A stretch of 64,000 nt of DNA from Octopus vulgaris (Eukaryota). The stretch lies in the NCBI GenBank assembly GCA_951406725.2, contig OX597816.1, positions 144,708,001 through 144,772,000 of the forward strand. Direction: 5' to 3'. Shown here in pieces: positions 1 through 64,000 of this stretch. Both the position numbers and the translations under genes were made by a program. Every line of letters starts with the position of its first letter. Positions within the stretch are counted from its first letter, which is position 1. The notes below the pieces were generated by a model that was given only the letters and a program-made list of their open reading frames with translations, made no database searches and had not been told where the DNA came from.

Positions 1-385
1 TCAGCATTGCCCAAATGATGTTGGTTGTACATCCAAGGCTTGGGCCCCGTGCCATCCGCCCAAAACAAAAATCGCACTCTCATCTCATAACAACAATACG
101 GCACAATTATTTCACCTCAATTGGCCCCGCTCTCTTTAACATTACACCAAAACACATTAAAACAGAAACTGACCCTATAGGGTTCAAGAAGTCTTTGGAC
201 AGATTCCTTCAAGAAATCCCAGATAAACCCCCTACACCCGGATATGTCTCTGTAAACAATAACTCTCTACTTGAGTGGGCCATAGTGCCCAAATTCTGAC
301 TTGAAAGACTTCACCAGGTGGTGCTATTAAGTTAGACATGGCCTGGGCCAATAATGGCCGAAACCTATCAAAGTATCAAAGTATA
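1..385 (+). mobile_element. 3' end of an APE-type LINE (CR1/L2-group-like): ORF2 C-terminus, 3' UTR and tail
   Basis: ORF 15..299 ends FTSIGPALFN..FKKSLDRFLQEIPDKP, typical of LINE ORF2 C-termini. It is followed by a GGCCA-ataa-TGGCC hairpin and a (TATCAAAG)2 tail. Confidence 0.7.
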
Positions 386-539
386 TATATATCATCAATG
401 TTTTGTTTGATCATATGCTTAACAATAGTCTCGCTGTCAATACAGACCCCATGGTTAAACTAGGATTCTCAGCCGCCACAGATTAACATCTTAATTTCAA
501 CCTCTATCTCTATGAGATGACTAGCCTAACCTAGCCACC

Positions 540-841
540 GCCAGGTAGTATTTACTATATAAAAAATATGTTGATCACTATTATGTGATTAGAAGTATTT
601 CATATTACAATACGGATATATTTTTCAAACAGCTGTACATAACACAACACAATGTAGTCATATGCAATACATATCGCCTACCAGGTGATCCAAACCACAT
701 AGGCAAGTTTGAAGATTGCCTCATAAGAATTAAAGAAATCCTCATGAAACTGGAACACCACATGAGCGTATTTCTTATGGGTGATTTCAACTTCCCCAAT
801 GTCAAATGGCCCGAAGGCCTCATACTCTCGGGAATGACTCA
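540..841 (+). mobile_element. LINE AP-endonuclease fragment, inverted relative to the adjacent piece
   Basis: Translation VICNTYRLPG...VFLMGDFNFPNVKW matches the APE YRPP and GDFN motifs. Confidence 0.7.
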
Positions 842-1760
842 TTACAAACAAGCATATTTTGGCACGTGTACTTCTGCATCCTCTTTATCAGAGCTTAGAT
901 GAGTTTCCACGAGTGCTATGCATAAGGCTTGATAGCATGCAGCAAAGACTCTCAGGAAAAAAAATTTGCTTTTGTTGTGATGATGCAACAGGCTCCCGAT
1001 ATTTAGTAAAAATATTGGCGTGACGACTGTGCAGGCGTTAGAGGAGGTCATCCTGTGTTTGTTGATTGTGGTGGTCTTGCGCAGTGCTGGGCATCGTTCC
1101 TCGTTTGCGCTTGATATAACCAGGTCTGTTTCTGCACAATCTTTTGTGTCAAGTACAAAAGAGACTCATGCTCAGCTTCTGCATTGCATATAGCATATAA
1201 AGAAAGCACTACTTTTGCACATTTTTTCTTTGGAGACGATTGGTGCTCATCCTCAGAGAAGTATTTCTCCTTAAGGTCCCTGTAGTTTTAGTGTTTATCT
1301 CGGTTGAGCAAACCGGCAGTTTGTACATCTTACCTATGCCAGCGTTTGCCTTAAACTTTTGCAGGTCATCGTACCTCTTTGCTCTTCAGTTGTGATGGGA
1401 GCTGGATATGTGTCATTGTTTCCCTTTGTTCTAGGTTTCTCGGTTTTGTCTTCTGTTGGGTCCTGGATGTTTTCTTCATCCTTTTGGCCTTCCCTGGTGC
1501 CGTCACCTCCTAGGATGATGTCCAGAGTGTCTATGTGTTGCCTGATTAGAGCGTATGGACGGAGACATTCTCGTTTCTTTCGCTCTATCTGGGCGGTGGT
1601 CCTTGAAAAATCATTGCTCTTCAGCGCCGCTGCAATGATATTGTTCGGCGAGTCGCCCTCGGCAATCTTCCAGGCGCGGATGAACAATTGCAACTCCCTC
1701 GCAGACCAGTTTCTTGACATTTTGACATTTTCGCCCGAGATACAGGGAGAGTGAAATATC
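842..1760 (-). mobile_element. 5' part of a LINE: ORF1-like region and APE N-terminus, degenerate
   Basis: IALVETHLSSDKEDAEVHVPKY matches APE motif I (ETxL). Upstream is a 128-aa ORF (1334..1720) followed by degenerate Cys-rich sequence, as expected for ORF1. Confidence 0.55.
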
Positions 1761-1764
1761 GGAA

Positions 1765-2430
1765 CAGAGAGAGAAGGAAAGATAAGATGGTTGACCTGAG
1801 AGGGAGAGGAGAAAGGAGAAAAGCCAGAGGGGGATAAAGAGAGAGACGAGGGGATTGTCCTGAGAGAAGAGAGAAAGAATGGCAGGTCAGCAGGGGAGAG
1901 TGAGCGGGATAGAGGTGTAGTAGAGAGAAAGTAAAGAGACAGGGAGGAAAAGAGAGACTAGGGGATAGACCTTAGGGGGAGCAGGGAGAAAAAAGGTGGA
2001 GAGATAAAATGGAGAGGGAGAGGTGCAAGAGAGTGTAGTAAAGGGACAGGGAGGGTGGTGTAGAGAAAGAAAAAAGGGTACAGAAGGGGAAGAGGGAAAG
2101 GGGTTTGACCTTGAAGGAGCGGAGAGAAGAGAGGCAGAGAGAGGGAGGGAGAGTAACAGAGAGGGAGAGAAAAAGAGAGAGGGCGGGATATAGATACAAG
2201 AGAGAATGAGTGAAGTAGTGGAACTGAGAGGGGAGTGAGATGTGAGAAAGTTGATCTGAGAGAGGGATGCAGGAAGAGAAACGATGGCAGAGATAGAGAG
2301 AGAGGAGGGGGGAGAGAGAGAGAGAGCGGAAATAGAGGGTCTGGTGGATGGAGAGACAGATAAGGTAGAGAATTGTAAGAAAGAGATAGAGAGAGAGTAT
2401 GGCAGAAAGAAAGGATAGAGAGAAGAGGAC
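1765..2430. repeat. GA-rich polypurine low-complexity tract
   Basis: Plus strand is almost entirely G/A with (GA)n runs. Confidence 0.9.
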
Positions 2431-3039
2431 AGGCTGTATCCCTGACGAATCTATTAACAAACGCGTTAAAGATAAAATAGCGCGTATATTTTTTTATATC
2501 TTTTATATCTATAATCGCGATTATATCTATGTATTATTAGGCGATCTTAGAACCATAAGATCGTCGATTATCAATAATAATAAATAATGTTTTTGTTTTT
2601 GTTTTTTGTTTTTTGTTTTCATTTTTTATGTCTTTTTTTAATCTTCTGGTTGAGAGAACACTAATAATAAATATTCTTCTTACCTTCCAACTAAGAGAAT
2701 ACTTACTGTCACTCCGTTTCAGAAGAAAGAGAGATAAAAAGACAGACCTTCGATATTCCTGTATTCCTTAAAAATCCTCAAAAAAAAAAAAAGGATAAAC
2801 AAACCAGAAGTTCAAGCTGACGTTATGACTAGTGTACCATATATTTGGTTTTGCACAGAGTGTTGTTCTAGAGAATGTTTGTCAAAACACGTCAATTAGA
2901 AGTCTGTTTTAAAAGTATTTTGATCATAAGACGATAGTCTGTCGTTAAGATGACAGGAAAAGATGTTTGCTGTTATGTTCATTTAAAATTATTTGAGACA
3001 CTGTTTTGCGATTAAAATATTTTGGGGATCATTTTTTGT

Positions 3040-3651
3040 AGGATATGACTAGTTCCCATGACCACTATTTTTTGCGTTTCTTTCGTGTTTAGATTTCCTG
3101 GTATCAGTGCTAGGTAGCAATCAGCCTCTTTTGCTATTATTGCCAGGGCACCTCTGACGGCAGGTATTGTTTTAGTCATGAGGTTCCACATATTACCAAT
3201 TTCTATTTCAAGATCTTAATATTTGCCCAGTTATCGGAATGCCAAACGCATTTATGCCAATTGGGGCAGTCATATCGATGAGTAGGCAGGTATTTTGTTT
3301 GTAATCCTTCAATATAATATCAGACCTATTTGCATATATCTTTCTGTCAGTTTGTACGTGAAGTTGCAAGGAGTGAGATGTGGTCATTTTCAAGTATTAG
3401 CTTTGGTTTGTGTTCCTACCAGTTTTTTTTTATCACGGCGCTGGTCCAAATCTTTGCAAATTACCCAGTGAATATACTGTGCTGTTCAATCGTAGCTGTC
3501 GAGATACTCTGTAGGCACAAGAAAACTTCACACGGAGACATGATCGATGGTTTCATTTTGTTGTTTACATTACACGGCATGATGGGCTACTGCCGTTCTT
3601 TAGTATGTTGGTCTGGTAGCTTTTTGTAGGTCGGGGTTTATCTTGGGCTGC

Positions 3652-3652
<1 letters not shown>
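3040..3652 (-). mobile_element. RLE-type non-LTR retrotransposon fragment (R4/Dong-like), 3' part
   Basis: QTDRKIYANRSDIILKDYKQNTCLLIDMTAP followed by MWNLMTKTIP resembles the restriction-like endonuclease (RPD..D) region. It abuts a (TTA)n tract. Confidence 0.7.
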
Positions 3653-3735
<83 letters not shown>

Positions 3736-3777
3736 CATCATTATTATTATTATCATTATTATTATTATTCAGTAGTT

Positions 3778-5148
3778 TTAAATTTATAACGTGCTTTCAC
3801 TTCACTACCGAGCGCAGATCTGTGTGCCTTAGGTATGTGCTGTGGTTTGCTGTGATGCTCTTATGGTTACTCTATTGAACGTGTTTTGCGTACAGTGCCT
3901 AGTAGTGCAGTTTTCTGTATGTTATATATATTTGTAAGTTCTGGTGTTTTTGTTATGTATTTTTATATGATAGGAATTGTTTCTTTTGTTAGATTCCACA
4001 TTTGAGTTACCTCTATTTCCTGGTCTTTGTACTTTGAAAGATTCTCCATTTCTTCAATTAGAAAACATTTTTTCTTTATGATTTCTGACAACTATATCTG
4101 GCCTATTGGCCTAAATTTCTCTATTTGTGTGTATTGGCATAACCCATAGTACCGTTGCTTTCTCGTTTCCTTTGACCTTTTCTGGCGTGTGCCTATACCA
4201 TCATTTTTCTGTTGATATTCGATAATGTTGGCATAGCTTCCAGTGTATGTAGGTCCCAAATCTGCTGTGTCTGTGAATGTATTACTTCTTAGCCAGGACT
4301 GGGCAGCCAGAGATAATATGATTTATTCTTTCTTGTCCAACTTCACATATTCTGAAGTTACTTGTTATGTTTCTTTACATTTCTGGTGGGGAGGCTTTGA
4401 TCTTGTGCTGCAATTAAAAATTCTCCAGTCACTGCTTTGAGTCCTGAGCTTCTCAAGCATTGCTGGGAATTTTCTTTTTCTATTCTTTTGCGTTTAGTTT
4501 AGCCCAGTATTTGCCATGAAGGGGATTCTCTTGCCATCGGTTTATCAAGGTCCCTGGCTGTTCTAGTTTTAGTGTGGATTTCATTTGTTTTATAGCTTTT
4601 GTTGTTGTTTCTTATTCTTCATATCTGCTCGGTAGTATGACTTCTTGTTTGTATTTGACAGCTTCCTTAAATACTGAAAACAGTTTTCTGTTTTGCTCGT
4701 GTTTTGTGGCTATTTGTTTCAGTTTTCCTTGCTTCTGAAGTAGGTGTTTTTGCAGTCAAATGGTGGTTATTTTATAATAGTTTTTCAGCTGTATAAGACC
4801 TGTACCACCTTCTATATATTTTTTATATATATAGCCATTCTATGTCAGATTTCGGGTGGTGCATCCTAGATCCTGTCATTATTTTTCTTGTTTACTTGTC
4901 TATTTTGGTTATATTTTGTAACTTATAACTGGGACGGCTAGAGTGTTGATACCTATTATCTTGTTTTTAGCAATAAGCTCTGTTTTCCGTATTGATCTAA
5001 CTCGTTTATAGTATTTTTATTTATTTTCTGTGTGTTGTATCGTATCTAGTTCATCGATTCCTAAATATTTATATGTGTGGCTGTGGTCTAATTCTCTTAT
5101 TTCATTGCCTTTATCTAGTGTAATGTTGCTACTCTTTACTAGTTTTTC
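3778..5148 (-). mobile_element. RLE-type non-LTR retrotransposon (R4/Dong-like), 5'-truncated and decayed
   Basis: IRELDHSHTYKYLGIDE (RT YKYLG motif), then NKIIGINTLAVPVISY, then KYKDQEIEVTQMWNL. TAA/TTA microsatellites lie on both sides. Confidence 0.75.
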
Positions 5149-5199
<51 letters not shown>

Positions 5200-5390
5200 T
5201 ATTATTATTATTATTATTATTATTTGTTGTTGTTGTGGTGGTGGTAGCAGCAGCAGATGCAGTAGTAGTAATAGTTGTAGTAGTAGTAGTAGAAGTAGTA
5301 GCAATAGTAGTAGTAGTAATAATAATAATAGTAGTAGCAGTAGTAACAGTAGTAGTGATAGTAGTAGTAGCAGCAGCAGCTATAATAGTG

Positions 5391-5421
<31 letters not shown>

Positions 5422-5454
5422 AAATAGTAGTAGTAGTAGTAATAGTACTGGTAA

Positions 5455-5516
<62 letters not shown>

Positions 5517-5672
5517 TGCTATCTATAGAAGGAAGATTAGAAAGATTAGAATGAATTCCAGTTTAACTACCATAATGTCTAGTCGGGTGAAATGATAATT
5601 GAGAGATCTATCAAAATATGAATAGAAACACTCATTCACATATAGTGAAATAAGAAATCGGCAGATACTTAC

Positions 5673-61438
<55,766 letters not shown>

Positions 61439-61846
61439 CTACGAAAGAAAGATTAATATCAGATGTCTGAATGATTCGAAGGATATTGAAAAGGTTAGTA
61501 TTTTAAGATTTTGAAATGAAATTACTTGTAATGATGCTTATATTCTATTATATGTTGTAGCAGTTGATCTTTCCAAGAAAACCTTATGGCAATGATTATC
61601 TTTGTAATTAATATGATTACGCAGTTTGTTGTGAAGGTTCGTGACCTGTAGAGTCAAATTTTAAAAGAAACACATAATTTATTTATGGCCTCTTAAACAT
61701 TCACTAGAACGACACTGTACAAAACTAAATATATGGCACCTTAGGCATAGCACCAACATGAACGTCTTACTTGACTCCTGAAGTTTCTGGGTGAGACTTG
61801 GAGCCAACTTGTACAATTTCAAAGCAAAAGTGAAATATAAAATAAA

Positions 61847-61901
<55 letters not shown>

Positions 61902-61917
61902 CTTAATAATAATAATG

Positions 61918-61964
<47 letters not shown>

Positions 61965-61995
61965 TATTATTATTATTATTATTATTATTAATAAT

Positions 61996-62031
<36 letters not shown>

Positions 62032-62063
62032 TATTATTATTATTATTGTTATTATTATTATTA

Positions 62064-62230
62064 AGTGAGAGAGCAGTGCATGCCATCAAAGTGATACTTG
62101 GGTAAAATATACGAAGCTCAGCATACCCATCATAACTACCCGTCTGATCAGGGTACACCAGGCACATTCATCACAACCACAATTGCGCGACATGGTGCTC
62201 TCATATCAAGATATAAAGCGCATTACCTTC
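62064..62230. mobile_element. Partial TAA-associated repeat at the right end of the array
   Basis: Homologous to the 19102 element but retains GTACACCAGG, which the internal copies lack. Confidence 0.65.
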
Positions 62231-62232
62231 CA

Positions 62233-62311
<79 letters not shown>

Positions 62312-62689
62312 ATAATAATAATAATAATAATAATACTGCTACTACTAATAGTACTACACTAGAACTGCATGTTTGGCTTTTGCTTTGTATTTGAAGGGGT
62401 TGACACCAAGAGTCACACAGAGACCCCGAAAGGAAACGTCTGCCCAAACAAGAAAATTATAAGTTATAAGATAATAGTGTGACGTTATGATGACAGTTAA
62501 ATGTGTTTGCTATTATCTACATTGAAATGTATATTGACAACGTTTACAGATTAAAATGTTTTTGGATTATATTTTTCGTAGTATATATGTAGTTCACATG
62601 AGCAATATGTTTTTGAATATCTTCCATTTTGGATTAATATTATTATTGTTATTAATTTTTATTATCATTATAATTATAAATATTATTAT

Positions 62690-63130
62690 TCAGTAGTCTT
62701 ATTTTTATCACGTGCAATCACTGCACTACAAAGCGCAGCTCTGTATGCCTTGGGTATGTTCTTTGGTTCGTTGTGATGCAATTACTTTTACTATACCGCA
62801 AGCGTTTCATGTACGATGTGTGCGGTGACTAGTAGTATTATTTACTGTATTTATATATATTTGTTTGTCCTTGTGTTCTTGTTATGTATTTGTCTGAATA
62901 TCTTTTTTTATCATACCTAATGCAGCAACTATGATAGGAATTATTTCTGTTTTTAGATTACACATTCGAGTTACCTCTACTCACAAATCTTTGCATTTTG
63001 AAAATTTCTCCGATTCCTTTAGAACAACATTGACATCTGTTGGCATTGATGCATTAATTAGAAAGCATTTGGGTTCTTGTTGGTCTCTCACATATCTATC
63101 CGACCTATTGGTCTTCATTTTAACTATCTT
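62690..63130 (-). mobile_element. RLE-type (R4/Dong-like) LINE 3' fragment
   Basis: KTNRSD..KCFLINASMPTDVNVVLKESEKFSKCKDL*VEVTRMCNLKTEIIP. Its 3' end is similar to 3778-3960 and it is flanked by TTA tracts. Confidence 0.7.
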
Positions 63131-63146
63131 ATTATTATTATTATTA

Positions 63147-63204
<58 letters not shown>

Positions 63205-64000
63205 GATTATGATTATTATTATTATTATTAATAACAAGCTATGTCCGAATGTGTTACACTGTCATGTAATTTGCTGAAGAAAAAGTTAGAAAGCGAAAGA
63301 AAAATAGGGAGAGAGAGGTGTTTGCCACATGTAATGGGGAAGAGTGTTATTTATTACTTGGTTAAAAATGTTAGTTGAATGTAGAGAGATATATAGAAAA
63401 GGGCGTGAATAGAGAGAGAAAGAGGGCGGATAGGAAAGAGTGTTGAGGGAGAGGAGAGGACAGTATTATTAATAATGATAAATGAACCTCTGAAATTGTG
63501 AGAGGATGGACAAGTCTTTAACCCACAATTACAACCTCACCCACAAGACCAAAAAATTTTTTAATGTAGATTAGGCAAGACATTCCGTTTTAAAAGAGAC
63601 ACTAAATTCAGTTCTATATTTAAGAGATGGTTATTACGTACATTATTTACTTTATTTACATTTGACGGATATTTGTCCACATATTTGTCCAAAAGAAGGA
63701 GAAAGAAAAGGAGAGAGATGATGGTGGTGGAATTGGTGATGCTGAGTGCATAGTGACAAACAATTTTTTAAATTGAATTGTTTCTATATCACCTATCACT
63801 TAACGCACGTACACCCTAAACTTGCCATTGATTTTAGAAAGAAACCAGTTCCCTGTACGCCTGTCACATGCGATGAATATCAATAAATCAGATGGGCAGA
63901 CATTGGATAAGTGCCTGAATTCAGCGACGGTCAGATGTAGTTTGCATTATCAAGGCCTCGCAAATTATCTGATTTGAGAGTTAAAGTTATCAACACTGAG

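Noticed and set aside
340-370. GGCCA-ataa-TGGCC-GAAAC as a hammerhead
   Set aside because: No CUGANGA core upstream; more likely a LINE 3' UTR stem-loop.
2675-2745. Possible further microexons (minus strand gag|TGACA|gtaagt and tag|TTGGAAG|gtaaga)
   Set aside because: Lengths of 5 and 7 nt (28 nt combined) do not preserve frame, and the spacer is too short to be an intron.

Overview
AT-rich, microsatellite-laden animal DNA; the tRNA-derived SINEs resemble octopus (coleoid cephalopod) families, which is recognition from memory, not a search. Most ORF-track entries are microsatellite artefacts. From about 5.5 to 62.2 kb the window is a head-to-tail array of seven near-identical 6.8-10.7 kb units inside one minus-strand gene. 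Each unit holds a 567-nt VWA exon with an intact MIDAS motif, a 111-nt EGF exon missed by the ORF track, and up to three candidate microexons (12, 12 and 6 nt; 21 nt in the last unit). All are phase 1-1 with GT-AG sites and splice into a ~236-aa, strongly cationic VWA-EGF-Pro-linker repeat of a matrilin/collagen-VI-like matrix protein. Its start and stop exons are not visible here. Each microexon is followed by a (UAC)n tract. Three units carry a Penelope-like insertion with a GIY-YIG remnant and a type I hammerhead ribozyme. The 5'-most VWA copy has a 1-nt frameshift. The flanks contain CR1/L2-like and R4/Dong-like LINE debris.
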